Source of the DNA: Lama guanicoe | Lineage: Eukaryota | Length of the DNA stretch: 64,000 nt | Direction: 5' to 3' | Assembly: GCA_013239625.1 (NCBI GenBank) | Contig: MU054212.1 | Span: forward strand, 930,001-994,000 | Shown here: one piece after another, positions 35,271-48,609 of the stretch | Layout of the letters: every line of letters begins with the position of its first letter | Numbering within the stretch: position 1 is the stretch's first letter | The notes under the pieces: generated by a model | The model's database searches: none | What the model saw: only the letters and a program-made list of their open reading frames with translations | Told to the model about the DNA's origin: nothing | Program-made: the position numbers and the translations under genes

Positions 35271-36234
35271 GTGAGGTCTGGAGGATTCCATACTATGGTG
35301 GGAAGGGAAGATGCCTCTGGCCCCCACCCTTGTCCTCATTACTTCTCACTTCCCATGGGTCCCAAGACTGCTTGAGTTGGCCTCAGGGTAGAGCTCCCCT
35401 CCCAGGTGGACCACACTGTACAGTAACTGGTCCTTTTGGGCCCAGGTGGCCTGGCAGAGCCTGGGTGGGCAGGTGACCATCTCCTGGGGCCCAGGCAGCC
35501 TCGGCTGTCCACTCCAGCATCACTCCGCGAGTGTGCCGTGATGTGTGCGTGATCATCAGTTTCATCTGCTGGGCTGCCCCGCCTTGTGGTGAGCACCATC
35601 CATTTGTACTCAGGTCTGGGCTCCAGACCTTCACTCTGGGAAGCTGACAGTTTTGTTAAGGATGGTGCATGACGACATGTAACATCCCCAGGCCTGCCGT
35701 CCTGACTCAGACCCGGAGCTGGAGGTGGTGTGGGGCCTCCACAGGGGGGCCGGTTGTGAGGAGAGAGGCAATACAGGCTGGGGAGCCCGGCTGAGAGAGA
35801 GGCTGCCGTCAGGGCCACGGAGAGGTCGGCGCACACCTGCTCAGGGGCCAGAGTAAATGTCATCAGCACAAACAGGTGCTGCAGGGCTAAGGGGCTCATC
35901 CAGCAGCTCAGGCTCTGCCTTGGGAACCGGTGGCCGGGGTCCCGTGATTCCAGGTGGGGAGCCTGATCTCAGCGGGACTGGAGAGTGGCCCCAGGGGAGG
36001 AAGGACAGGATCCAGTCTCCTAGAAGAGGCTGGAAAGAATCTGATGGGGCTCACGTGGCAGGAAAGCTGAGGCCAAGCGTCTGCAGTGCAGGTGGGTGTG
36101 GGGAGGTGCAGGGGGAAGCATTCAGCACCCCTGCTGCACGTCCCCTGCCCCTCGTGGGTGTCTGTGACCTGGGGCTCAGCCCGGAGGGCTGTGGCTGCTG
36201 ACGGCAGGCGTCTGGCACCAGCTGGAGGGCTGCT

Positions 36235-36880
36235 GTGTTGATCCCCTATGTTTGCTCTGAGTTACCACAAACTTGGTGTCTTCAAACAGCAGGCATATAT
36301 TCTCTCATGGTTCGAAAGCTCCAGGTCTGAAACCCAGTGTTGACAGTGCCGTGCTCCCTCTAAAGGCTCTCGGACGGACTCCATCCCCTGCCTTTCTCTC
36401 ACCTTCCGGGGTTGCCACTCGGCCTCTGCCATCACGTGGGTTCTCCTTGTGTGTCTCTGTCTTCCCGTAGCCTTCTCCTCTCTGTGTCTGTGTCCTTTTC
36501 TTTTTCCTTTTTTTTTTTTAGCCTTTGAATTTTTTAAAAACTTTTTTAAAATTTAGGTGTAGTTGATGAACAATAATTTTCAGGTGTACAATGTAGTCAG
36601 TATTTGTCTTTCTCTGACTTATTTCATTCAGCATAATACCCTCCAACTCCATCCATGTTGTTGCAAATGACAAAGTTTCATCCTTTTTATGGTTGAGTAG
36701 TATTCCATTGTGTCTTTCTTTTCTTCTGAGGGCACCAGCCATATTGGATTAGAGCTCACCTTACTCCGAGATAACCTCATCTTAACTTGATTGTATCTGC
36801 AAAGACCCTATTTCCAAATAAGGTCATATTCGAGGTATTAGAACTTGAACGTATCTTTTGGGGACAAGATTCAACACTCT
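36235..36880 (-). mobile_element. MLT1 (MaLR) LTR interrupted by an antisense L1 fragment (~36500-36708)
   Basis: TACCACAAACTTGGTG..GCTCCCTCTAAAGGCTCT..CACCAGCCATATTGGATTAG..TCTGCAAAGACCCTATTTCCAAATAAGGTC; the insert has a poly-T start and L1 TTTCTCTGACTTATTTCATTCAGCATAATACCCTCC. Confidence 0.8.
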
Positions 36881-38190
36881 GTAGCAGCAATGCTCACTTT
36901 TCCTAAGGAAAGACCCTTAACCACACCTTTAATTGTTGCCCGGTGCCTAACAGCTCCTTTGTACTCTGGGGAGGAAGCCGAATGAAAACTTGAGTCATGG
37001 AAGATTCCAGGTCTTTAAAACCACAGGTGTGAGTCCTCCCTGAGTCAGCTCGGTTGCCCATTCTTCTCAAACTATGAGCCTAAACTGAATGTGACTTGCA
37101 CAAAGAATTTTGAGGTGACATCAGAGAGTTTTCATCACAATTAATTAACATATATTAGGTCCCATTCCCTCCAGTGCTTAAGCTATTCTTTGGAAGGAAG
37201 TCAGGCACTCAGTTCATTACTAAAGACTTTGCATTGGGTCCTGAAGGCACCACTGGGCCTGTGGAAATGCCTAACTTATTTCCAGTAAGTTCTGGATGCA
37301 TAAGAACAATGGCACTTAGTGTGGAAGCCAGGACCCACAGGGATGCTACAAAGCAAAAAGATGCACTGTACTCGGAGCTGCTTGCCGTCTTGTGGCTGGA
37401 GAAGGTGGTTAGTGGGAAACTCAAAGGACCTCGATGTGCCAATCATGACCTGATCAACTTCAAAGAGAGAGAAAGAAGTTGTGTGTGATCCTGTGACTTC
37501 ATTTGACCTAGATTTGCTTCTCCAGGGAAAATTGCCTCCACTCCTTCTGTTTCAACCCTCGGTTTTTAAAGTGGCTGGACACATGGCAGAAGCCCGTAGA
37601 TCTGGTCCATCTCCTGGCCGTGCTGCCTGGTTTCAGCTGGGCTATTTGGCATCCTGTCGACATCTCTGTGGCCTCTTCATTTGATGCAGTTGTCTTTGCT
37701 CCCTTTATGTCTTTTTTTTTCTTCTACTCCTTCATGAGTGGGCATCATATTTCCTCTCCCAGCCAGAAGCCCCACTAGGCTTCCATTCATGTTCTTTTCT
37801 GCCCCTACCAGGGTCTTCTTCCCTCAAATGGCAAACAGTTCGCAATGATTTTCCATCACTCCCTTACAACTGACCTCTCCTTTTTTAATGTTCCCATTGA
37901 TGCCAATCTCCCTTTTTTGAAACACAGAACATTTTTTGACAGGAAACTAATAGCCACACACTTGACACCAGAGCTCTAGAGTATTTGTAAATAAAAAGTG
38001 TGGCTCTGAATGGAAACACGCACAAGGGCGAGGAGAACAGACAGTTTCTCTCCGTGAAGCCAGGAGAGCAGCATGATGGGATCTGCCACCTTGGGCTTGA
38101 AAGGCGGTCACAGGAGAGGGAGACAACAGTCAAAAGTCAGCCAAGCCAGTCTGTTGCTGCTGAAACACTCCAGCAGCTCCTCAGTCCAAA

Positions 38191-38192
<2 letters not shown>

Positions 38193-38232
<40 letters not shown>

Positions 38233-38235
38233 ACT
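38193..38235. repeat. (AC)n microsatellite
   Basis: About 17 AC units followed by TCACACAC. Confidence 0.95.
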
Positions 38236-39289
38236 CCTCAAAACTCCCTAGTGCATCTACCAGACCAAAGGAAACTGTAGAATTTAGAAGTGGCTTCAGA
38301 AAAGGAAATCTAGGATGTTATAAAAAGGGAAACAGATTGAACTAGGAACAATATTTATTTTAATATATTTGAAGAACAAGTCAAAGGGAGGAACCCAGCG
38401 TCTTTACGTGGAATGGGTTTGCACAAATCCTTCAGATGAAGGAACAGTCTGACAAGTCAGCAGGACAGGCAGAGGTGGGAGGTCTTAGCATGAAAGTCCT
38501 TCACCCACTCAAGGGCTATTACAGCAGGAATCAACGTAAGAGAGGCTGAAAGAACCAGGCTCCATTCGAACAGGAGAATGAGCGATGCATGACCTTGGGA
38601 AAGTAAAGAAAAAACGAGATGAAAGAGAAGGAGAGGCAGATAACCAAGGGGGCATGGAACGGTCATTGGGAAATGGAGTTCCAGCAGAGGACGGAGCCCA
38701 GGATGCTGCAGTGGCCCCAGTCACAGCTGCATTAAAATACTTAGAGCCCCAAATACTGAACACATTATAGGGCCCGCATATTTAATTAAAAATAAAAACT
38801 TAGTAAGCCTCAAAATGAGTGCAAACAAACCCAACAAATTTCTGTTTTTCCATAATGACTACTTCAGTTTTTCTTTTGAAAGCAGAACACCCAAGTGAAG
38901 AGTCTGGGGCTGGGGCTGGAGGCTTGGGGACCATGACGTGGGTCAGAGTGAGAGGGGCCCCCCAGGAGAAGGTGTGGCCACACAGGAGGACAAGACAGGT
39001 GTGAGTTCCGGCGCGGGTACCAATGCTTAATCACAGGAGGCAAAGATGTCACGGAGGTGAGGAAGCGGTTTTCAGGCAGGAGAATCCACTGTCTGAGAAC
39101 CAGCGGGAGAATGACGAAATAGGGTAGCTGGCTGACAGACGAAGCCGCCGCAGACACAGCCCCACACGCAGCTTCTCAGTGCCGCTGCCACCGGAAAAGG
39201 AAACCAAGAATGCACTAAAAACGGTAAAGCTCAGTTAAGGCAACACCTATGAGAGAGAGAGAGATTCACCATAGTATTTTAGGTACAAA

Positions 39290-39840
39290 TTCTAAGGAGT
39301 GTGTAACAAACCTTCACTAGCCAATGACGGTTTAGTCGACTGGGAAACCCCAACTCAGGACTGAGGCATGTTGTAGAGCAGTCTGGCCCACACCCGAGGA
39401 AGCATCCCGAGGAATGGAATCTCACGGACCTCATCGCACCTGAACCAAGATGTGAGATCGTTTATCCTGACGTCACCAAGAGACCATAATCACCTGATGG
39501 GACGACGTAGCTGTCCGTGATCAGAGTGGATTTGTCATGAAAGGGCCCTTGGTAGATAATGTAAGAAAAACTTTCAGTTTATTACATGATTGTAAATGGC
39601 ACAGATTACCCTTGATAATTCCAGTGTTGATGCTGAAAAAGCCTTTGATTGCCTAGAGAATTATTTCTTTGGAAAATATTAGAGGAAAGAATGCTCCCTG
39701 CCCCCTGCCCCCAGGCCTGAAAATTTCCTAATGAAAGTGAAGAGTGTGTTTAGAGGAACCTAACATTCAAGTTAAAAAAAGAATCGAAGCTTCCTGGAAC
39801 TTGCAATGAAAAGCAAAGCATATCCTTTCTCACTCATACA
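39290..39840 (+). mobile_element. Ancient decayed L1-clade reverse-transcriptase fragment
   Basis: Collinear RT motifs across frameshifts: LNQDVR (39440), DQSGFVMKGPLVDNVRKTFSLLHDCKWHRLPLII (39519-39620), SVDAEKAFDCLE (39623-39658), ENFLMKVKSVF, KQ.YPFS; outer boundaries approximate. Confidence 0.75.
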
Positions 39841-41084
39841 CCAGACTCTCTCACCGTTGTACGAATGATCATAGATCACGAAACTTAAAAATTGGAATTT
39901 TCAGATTTTATTTGACGGTTTAGGGGTGTTAAAGTGTATCATACTAAAAGAAAATCAAACTTATAAATATTGATCTCCTTTAAAATGAGTTTCAAAAGTA
40001 ATTGCAGCAATCCATGGTATTCCATCTTCACTTAATTGAAACTAATGTTGCAGTTTTTTAGACAGTTGGGAATATATTCAGTTGGAGTTGACTTCTCAAC
40101 TTAACTTTGTCATGAATTAGCTAGGAGACTCTCTGGTCAAGTCACTTTGCCTTCCTGGGTTTCAGTTTCCTAATCTATAAAATGAAGTTTAGTAAAGTCA
40201 TCTCTAACTTCCCAGCGAAATTTAAAAATCTGATTCTGTTTCTTCAATCTCTGATTGTATTACAGAAAATACTGCAAAGTTGTATTGTGTGAATGCCTAA
40301 AAGTCCATTGTTTGGGCCAACTCTGTCTAGACTGAGGTCTTAGAGATGCTTACATTGATCAAAATTTCACTTTTTATAGCAACACAGTAATTTAATCAGA
40401 TATAACGGCAAGGAAAAAAGCACATGTGCGTCTGCTTTTAATGGTAGAATATTATACCATCAGATTCTTTGAATAAACGAAAGGGCTCAAATATCCTCAG
40501 AAGATTTTATCAATCAGTGACAGATACAAGGACTCTGGGAATCACTGCTTTAAAAAACTACCATGATGTCGACCACTTTCAAGCCATTTTAAGGTCGGTT
40601 AAGGGAGGTGGCAGTCCACCAGGACGTCCAGCAAAGCTACATGGACAAACATGCCTTTTCAGAAGAGCAGCAGCAAAAGGAAAGCCATTTTAGGGGGGAC
40701 CTCTGTCTCAGCCAGTCTCACAGACTTTCTAAATGTGTTAGGTGGAGAAACAGAATGCCAGAAAAGCTCACAGACTTGGCATTCTGGGAGCAGAAGTGCT
40801 TCCAGCTCAGCGTAAATCCACGAGCCCTAACAGCCTGGAGAGGCAATTCCTTGGATGCACTGCATCAAATGAAGAACGGTGAATTCCAGACCATGCGCAG
40901 GCAGGTGCTGGGATGCGGAGGTGAGCAGGGCAGGTGGATGGGACTCGAGGTTCTCACCTGCATCCCTCTGTCTCCCTTCATCTTTGGTCATACCAGTGCT
41001 TCATCTTTCTCTTTCTCTGAGTGACCCTTCTTTGGCTGTTTCCCTGATTCAGCCTCCGGCCACCCAAGACTGAGAGATGTGTGG

Positions 41085-41285
41085 TGTGAGTTTGTACAAG
41101 GCTGCCGCTTGTACACTGCCGCTCACTGTCTGGGCGACCTTGGCATGTCACCTCTCCTCTCTATGCCCTGTTTCTTCATCTGTAAAGTAGAGATACTGGA
41201 GGCACCTCCCCCACAACGTTCTTTCGAGGATTAAATATCCTGTGCAAAACCCCGTGCGACAGCACCTGGCACACACTAGCACCCT
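41085..41285 (+). mobile_element. MIR SINE
   Basis: GCGACCTTGGCATGTCACCTC..CTGTTTCTTCATCTGTAAAGT..GAGGATTAAAT..ACAGCACCTGGCACAC. Confidence 0.7.
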
Positions 41286-44200
41286 GTTTCGCTGGTGTCC
41301 TTATTTGTCAGGCCCTTGGCCCTCTGCCTCTGCTCTTTAGACTTTGTCCCCTTGAAGCCCCACCCATTGTCCTGGCTTCAGCCACCGCGCCCCTGGATGA
41401 GTCCCAGATCCGGAGCTCTGGTCCTGGTCCTGGTCCTTGCCGCCAGGCTTACTCCAGCTGCGTTGAAATCAGTAGGATCTGGGTTCCCTTATTGGCTCTA
41501 CTTAGGGGCCTGCGGAGGGCAAGTCTCCTGACCTTTGTCCTGTCCCCTCAGGTGTAGAATTAAGTGTGAGATGAGATGATCTTTAAGGGCCTTCTCAACC
41601 CCTAAATTCTACAGCTGATTCCGTGTCTGAAACCCATGCCATTGTGTTACCTTTCAGGCCATTCTTACCTTTGAATTTTTTAAAAAAATTCTACATAGTG
41701 GTGACAGCCTCCTCCCAGAGTCCCCAAAGCCTGAAATCTCAGTATCGCCTTGGAATGAACCCCCTTTCTCTGACAGTCAGTCAGGTGTCAACGTCTGGCA
41801 GAGCGTGTGCTGGCCCCCTTCCTTCCCCGCCCGGCGGGTGCAGGCACCCTGGGGCAGCCCTTCTCCTCTGCCTGCGGGAGGGGTGCTCATGGTCTCCGAG
41901 CTGACCTTCCTTTTCCTGGTTCACTCTCTCCCTTCCTTCTTCCCTTCCTCCCTCCCTCTTTCTTTTTCTCTTTCTCTATTTCTCCTTAATTGAATAGAAA
42001 TATGCTAAGTACACAGTTATAGTAGGATTTAAAAATCTGTTTTCCCCATAATTTTGTTACTAACATATACAGAATGTTGATAAATACCTATATGTTTATT
42101 ATTTTATCTTCTTACTGTGTGGGTTTTTTTAAAACTAGGATGAAACATTTCCCTCAGTTCCTGTGATTTTTTGTTCTGTTTTGTTTTGCTGGGGGAGGGG
42201 TGGGCCTTAAATTCTGTTTTGTCAGATATCAGTATGTTTTACAGCTCAAACCATATCTAACGCAGACTCCAGTTTGGGGGCTGTGCCTCATGCAGAAGGC
42301 ACACGTGCCTACTACCAGGAGGTCCTGGTCTGTTTAGGGGAACCTATACTAACCAATCTGGGCGGTGCGGCATAGTGAGCGCCATACTGTGTGCAGGCCG
42401 CGGGGGCGTGATGTGGCCCTGCCCTGCACCACTTCCGTCACGCCATCCTTTGCACGAGAGCCCTCCGCACCTCCTCATTGTCTGGGAGCGTAAAGACCAG
42501 CTTCCCTGATGCTCTGACCCCTACTTACCCTAACTTAAGCCGCAGCTTTCTCCTCTGGCGTGGCCTTTCTCATTTTTTCTAAGCACTTTTGGTCCAAGTT
42601 CAGTTCTTCGGTTATCAGTTCTCCTTTCGCCTCTCTTGTTACCCCCAAATTATACACATCCTTCAAGGATCATGTGTTAAAGGTACAAATGCAAGGAAGG
42701 CGTGTAGCCTGTAAGACCGCAGAGAGACCCTCCTCATCTCATTGTGCCTGAAGCACCTTATAAGCTGAGCCGCCCCATCGCTCCCGTGATTACCTCGCTT
42801 CCTGCACCTCTGTGTCCTGTGCCCTCAGTGAAAATGCATCAGGGTCAAGACTAACTTCTTCTACTCTGTCCCCTCCCTCCCATGTCCCCTAACACAAGAA
42901 TGTGTGTATGGAAGGCACTCAGTAATTACTGAATGAGTAAATTAATGAATGAAGTAGACTTTGGATCTTAGGTTCAAACTGGACTTGATGTGAGTGCAAT
43001 ATTAAGGGACCCACCGTATTTAAGGAGCAAAGGGTAGCTTTGACCCCTGAGTTTCTGGTTATCTGGGAGCCACGCTGGCACCTGCACATGCCCAGATATC
43101 ATTGCATACGTTTGGCGCTGAGCCCATTGCCCTGGAGGTGGCTGCGCTTGACCTGCATCCTTGGTGCTGCTACTCTGCACCTCCTGGCAGCAGGTACTGG
43201 AACTTCCTTGCTGGTGCAGTGAGAGCAGCTGCTTGGGAAGCACAGCATCTCCCTGGAGACGTGTGCAAGGTCAGGCTGACTTGAGGTTGTTTTTAAAAGA
43301 TGTTCAGCCAGACTTTGAAGAGAAGTTCCCATTTTGTTCCCTGTTGTCATGGCACCACCAAAAGCTCCTTTGGTTGCTTGTTTTTGCATAGGATTCATAT
43401 GCTCGATGCTCTAAGCGTTGCATGACTCAGGAACCCAGACATTGTATTCTCCACATTTTGGTGAACCCCTGCCCATCGATCCCACCTGGGTCTGCAGGGT
43501 TCAACACACAGGTCACTGCTCTTATCACTTGGCTCAGCTTTTTTCTTTATTTCTTTTTTTTTTTCCACATACACTCTTAGGTGCTCCTTTCATGCTGAAT
43601 GAGTCTCAGCACTTGGTCTTGTTACTGACACGGACACACCCTCCCAGCCCAGCTCTCCATCACGTCATCCCGTGGACGTTCTGAAATCAACAGGCAGACC
43701 AATCATGGTTTCACTTCGGTTTCTCCTTCTCAATGAGCAGCTTGCACCACTGTCCTCCCTGCAAAACATTCCCATTCCTTTCTTTTCCAATAAAGTGAAA
43801 ATATAAGAAATAGGCTCCCTCTGCCTGTCCTCACCTCCAAGGCCCAAGTCCAGGTCACTTGCTCAGGGGCCTCTCTCAGCCTTGTCCACCGATGGCAGCG
43901 AGGGTGTGAGAGCCTCGTTTGGCGCCAGCATTCAGTGACTGTGCCCGTGGGCCAGGAGCTCTGTGCGTTTGCTACAAGAAGTATCTTGGACTTCAGGGCA
44001 ACAAGCTGCCCAAGTTGGCACTTGGTGACAGTAGCACTGTCCATGCACAGAGTCCTTTCCCTCATGGCCAGGTGGGAGGAGCAGAGGACACCCAGGTTAA
44101 GTCAGGTCATTGCCCAAGTTCCTTTTCCGATCTAGGTTTCCTCTTCCCGATGACTTTATTTGGAGGGGTTGTCTGTACCCTCTCCCTTCCCATCTCCAGC

Positions 44201-44749
44201 CCACCAGAGTTCCAGTGCTCCAGAAATAGGGCCGGTCAGTTCCCTGCTGGACCGTGAGTGTATTTAGCCTGAAAGTCACAGGAAGAGAGTGAGTGTTATT
44301 AACCTGGACCTAGGAACCCTCTGCCAGTGAGTGCAAACCGTGTGTGAGAATGAGTGAGTGTGTGTGTGAGAGAGAGGATGTAACCTGTGAGTGGGTGTGA
44401 GTACTTTCCTGCGAAGGTGCCCTGTAGTTTATCCAGCTTCTCAAAAGGGTCCCTGACCCCTTCCAAAGCTGGCAACCCGGCACCAGAGCGACCACTCTGA
44501 GCAGAAGGTTTGCACTTTCCACCTATATTCCTATAGGTGTGATTTGGAGAGTACTTTCCTCTCTATGAAAAGATTCTCTGCAGGTATCAGGGTCGCAGGG
44601 AGGGGACGGGGCTGGGAAACACTAAATGACACTTGACCTGCCAGTAAGCCTTGCAGGTAAAACTGATTTTGTCTTTTTCGCTGTGGGGGGTGGGGTAAAG
44701 GGACGCCACCTGCCCCAGTTAGCTGATGCCGTAACAAGAGTCACAGTAG

Positions 44750-44960
44750 CAAATGCTGCACGGCACTGTCCTAGGTTTTGACATTTTTATTTTATTCTGT
44801 TCTCACAATATCCTGTGAAGCAGGGATTACAATCTCCATTGTTACAGATAAGGAAACTCAGTTGTAAAGAGATTAATTTGCTCAAGGCTCTGCATCCTGT
44901 AAGTGGCAGAGTTGGGATTCAGACCTAGGCCACCTGGTCCCAAGTTTGTGTTCTTAATCA
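44750..44960 (-). mobile_element. MIR SINE
   Basis: TTACAGATAAGGAAACTCAG..GCTCAAGG..GTAAGTGGCAGAGTTGGGATTCAGACCTAGG. Confidence 0.75.
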
Positions 44961-45112
44961 AGTACAAAATTCTTTATTTGATTATAAGCAGTATTTACCA
45001 AAGGCAAACTTACTGGCATATAGAGTTATATCTGTCTTTTTGTGTCCTTCCTTGCACCCCAGAGCCCAGCAGCAAGCCTGACCCTCAGAGTCACCAGCCA
45101 CAATGGTCATTG

Positions 45113-45385
45113 TTTCTTTTTTAAAATAAGGTATAGTTGACATGTAACATTAGTTTCAGGTGTGCAACATAATGATTCAATATTTGTAAATGTTGTGAAA
45201 TGGTCACCACAGTAAGTCTAGTTAGCACCCAGCACCATATATGGTTACGAATTATTTTCTTGTGATGAGAACTTTTAAGATTTACAGATGTGCAGTATGA
45301 TATTATTAACCATGGTCGCCGTGCTGCACATGGCATCCCCAGGACTTATTTTATAACTGGAAGTGTGTATCTTTTGACCCCTTTC
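45113..45385 (-). mobile_element. LINE-1 3'-end fragment (antisense)
   Basis: T-tract then AGGTATAGTTGACA..ATTAGTTTCAGGTGTGCAACATAATGATTC..GTGATGAGAACTTTTAAGATTTAC, a Laurasiatherian-type L1 3' UTR. Confidence 0.8.
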
Positions 45386-45597
45386 ATCATCAAGATGATG
45401 GTCATCTTGAGATGCTTTATGTAAGTGCCTTGTACCTCCTTCTCTCTATCTTGTCTTGGACGCTAGCACCCCGTGGGCAGGCACTGTGTCTGTTTAACTG
45501 GCTTCATACAGCAGCTGCTCTGTGGCAGGGCAGGTCGACTTTAGAACTGTGTGTAGAAAGATGATGGAGACTTTTGCTTCCTTTGCTTTGCGTACAG

Positions 45598-45742
45598 TTG
45601 CAAGCCCAGAATCACAGGGCGGCAGTGTGACCGATGCGCTTCCGGGTTCTACCGCTTCCCTGAGTGCCTTCCCTGCCGCTGCAGCAGAGATGGGACTGAG
45701 CCAGGAGTCTGCGACCCAGAGACCGGGGCTTGTCTCTGCAAG
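45598..45742 (+). CDS. LAMA3: Laminin alpha-3B exon ~33 (LE)
   Basis: cag|TTGC...AAG|gtagga; SCKPRITGRQCDRCASGFYRFPECLPCRCSRDGTEPGVCDPETGACLCK; 145 nt. Confidence 0.96.
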
Positions 45743-46425
45743 GTAGGACGGAACTTGCAAAGCCAGGGACATCAGCCACTGACCAGTGTGGAGGGGTTTC
45801 GTGTTGAGTCATCATATAAAAAATCCGTGGGACATGGGACTGACCCATGATAGATTTCCATAATGACTGTAGCATTTTATAATCATTCTCGTTTATAGAA
45901 ATAGTTAGAAGACACCCCCCTCCTACACTTGTCTTGTCCTCTGAAGAGTCCACAGACCTCCTAAAGAACCTTATGACAGACACTGACCTCCAGAAAAACA
46001 GGCACAAACCTTTCAGGAGGTCCAAGCCTATCCCTGCCCCTGGACCCCAGCTTAGTAACCTCTGCTCCAAGGGGTTCTGCCAGGTTGTAGGAGAGCTTCC
46101 ACTTCCCAGCGGGTGTTTTAAAGAGACAGTAAGTGGGATGAGCCTGCCCCTCTGTACTGGGACTTCTTCTGGTGCTGTTTCTCTACCTTCAAGATGCCAA
46201 AGGGCATCTTGTGAAATCTAGGAAATCCTCTGTTCTATTTGCACGTGGTATAAACATTTGAATAATTGGTGTGACATAAAAGCTTCACAAGCATGGATCT
46301 TGGATGCTTTGTTAGCGTCCGTGTTCCATCATCTTATGCTGGTACTTAATTTGTGCAAGTAGCTCTCTTCCATCAGAGAAGCTTTAGGGGGAAATGATGT
46401 CTCATTTCATGTTTCTCTTTGACAG

Positions 46426-46566
46426 GAAAATGTGGATGGTCCAGAATGTAACGTGTGTCGAGAAGGATCATTCTACCTGGACCCAGAGAATCCCAAGGGT
46501 TGTACCAGCTGCTTTTGCTTCGGAGTAAATCATCGCTGTCACAGCACACATAAACGAAGAGCCAAG
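46426..46566 (+). CDS. LAMA3: Laminin alpha-3B exon ~34 (LE)
   Basis: cag|GAAAAT...AAG|gtaggc; ENVDGPECNVCREGSFYLDPENPKGCTSCFCFGVNHRCHSTHKRRAK; 141 nt. Confidence 0.96.
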
Positions 46567-47818
46567 GTAGGCAGGGAATTAGAGTCTTTTTGTTTTTTAC
46601 TGAGTACTTCCGAGTGAGGATGTCATGAATTGGCATGAAATGTGAAGGGTGGTGGGGTGTTCCGTACGTTGCTTGGTGAGAATGTTAAGCGCGGTGCTCG
46701 CCAGTCCTCCGCCTGCAGCCTTCTGCCCCGAGCTGTCCTCGTGCTCAGACCCGGAGTTTGTCAGGTCTCTGCCCCAGTGTCACGGGTGTTCGGAGACACC
46801 GTCCCTCACTGTGCCCTCACCCTGTGCCCTGACCTTCTTCATGTACTTCACAGCTGTGATCACCGCGCTAAAGGTCGTTTATTACCTCTTTTCCTCCTCC
46901 ACTGGCAGGCAAGCTCCTTGATACAATCCCAATGCGCAGAGCATAGTAGGCGCTCAGCGAACACTCATCACTCCCCGTCATTTGTGCCTCCCCCCACCCG
47001 CTTCTCTTCCTGTTTCACTTTCCTTCTCACCTGTTTTACTGCAGCTTTTCTTTGGCCACTTTTAAAATTAACCCAATGAAGCTAAAACTTCTGTTGCCTT
47101 CGCTACTCCAGGAACCACTAGTCTCAGGCTGGCTTTCTTTGTGACAGTCGTGTCTTATGTCCAAAAAGTATTCAAAGAAAGGTTATTTTTATATATTTTA
47201 CTGCCTGCCTCCCGAAAACAGTGTAGGCCTGTAATTAGGTGGGAAAAAAGTTTGTAAATCCACCCTGAAGTCTCCTCTCCTCACCCCCAGGGAAACCCGG
47301 AAGCATTATTCCAAGTCTATGCCTCGTCAGTTCCTTCTCTTTCTTCCCCTCCTAATTTAACTCCCGGCTTCCTTTGGGATGGGGGAAATATTTAATTATG
47401 ACACTCCCTTTAGAGAACAATCATGAGAGCAGGCCTCTGTGTTCCACATCAGCTTCTCTCTCAGGAGCTCACCATTAAAATGCACCCAAGTCCTAGTTGA
47501 TATTCAGAACCTTATTTGTGTGTCATTCGGATGTTTACTGGACGCCTACTTAACATCAGGAACCAGGATGCATGCCGGGCCGCCAGGATACATCCCACAT
47601 GCACACGCTCACTACCCTCTAGGAATTCCCAGCTGCAACGGATCAGACGGGGGCTGAGTGGGTGTGAACTCCACCACGGGAGGCAGACATAAGAGGAGGC
47701 GCATGAGGGAAGCTCTGAAGCAAGGTGGTTGCCCCTTGGCTCTTTCTCTTCTGCATGATCCAGCCATCGCTGAAGAAACCACGGGTGCGTGTTCTCATCC
47801 CCTTCTTCTGTGTTCCAG

Positions 47819-47980
47819 TTTGTGGATATGGTGGGTTGGCGCCTAGAGACCGAGGACGGCGTGGACATCCCGGTCTCATTCAACCCGGGCAGCGGCAGCG
47901 TGGTGGCAGACCTCCAGGAGCTGCCCACAACGGTTCACAGTGCATCCTGGGTCGCACCTCCTTCCTACCTGGGGGACAAG
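47819..47980 (+). CDS. LAMA3: Laminin alpha-3B exon ~35 (L4b / laminin IV type A domain)
   Basis: cag|TTTGTG...AAG|gtaacc; FVDMVGWRLETEDGVDIPVSFNPGSGSVVADLQELPTTVHSASWVAPPSYLGDK; 162 nt. Confidence 0.96.
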
Positions 47981-48609
47981 GTAACCAGGTCCCGCTGTTC
48001 CTCCGCACCCTTGCTGCACCTCCTCCATCACTGCACTGGCATCACTTACTGGGTACTTGGAGGGAAGGTTCAGACAGTTCAGGTTACTAAAGTTGAAGAA
48101 ATCAGGTTAACCACAAATGCAGAAGATGGAGAGACTGAGGACGTAGGAGCCTCGGGTACCCCACACGCATTGCCTATCAGCAAAAAAATTATGCACCAGG
48201 TTTTGCTTGATTTTCACTTAATGGCAAAGAATTCTCCTCCGGGGAAATAACCATTTAAATAACATCTGCTGTGAATGGAGCATGTAGGCTTTTAAAAGCC
48301 AGTGCTGAGAATTCTTTGTTTTAAAGCACAAGAAAGTCTCCTTGACAGGAAAACAAAAGCTGCAAAGTGACTCATGAGCTTATTAAAAGAAGTACAGGAT
48401 TCAGTGACAGAGTGGTTTTCATCAGCAGTCACGGGCAGGTAGTTAGATGCTCCTGGGGAGCTTACAAACCAGTTGCTTTCCCTTTGCTGCAGAAATGACT
48501 GCCCCAGGATCTGGCCACCTGCACTCGTTTCTAAGAACTCCTTCCTCCTGCAGAAACACCCTCAGTGACGCACGCGCCTGGTGGCCCAGGGCAGAGCTCT
48601 GGAGAAGGG

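Noticed and set aside
35339..35899. 186-aa antisense ORF, the longest in the track
   Set aside because: Low-complexity Pro/Ala/Ser-rich translation of GC-rich intron with no recognisable homology
47981..48250. 89-codon read-through of exon 35 into the intron
   Set aside because: Good donor (AAG|gtaacc) and no canonical AATAAA close behind the stop; less supported than the two read-through candidates reported
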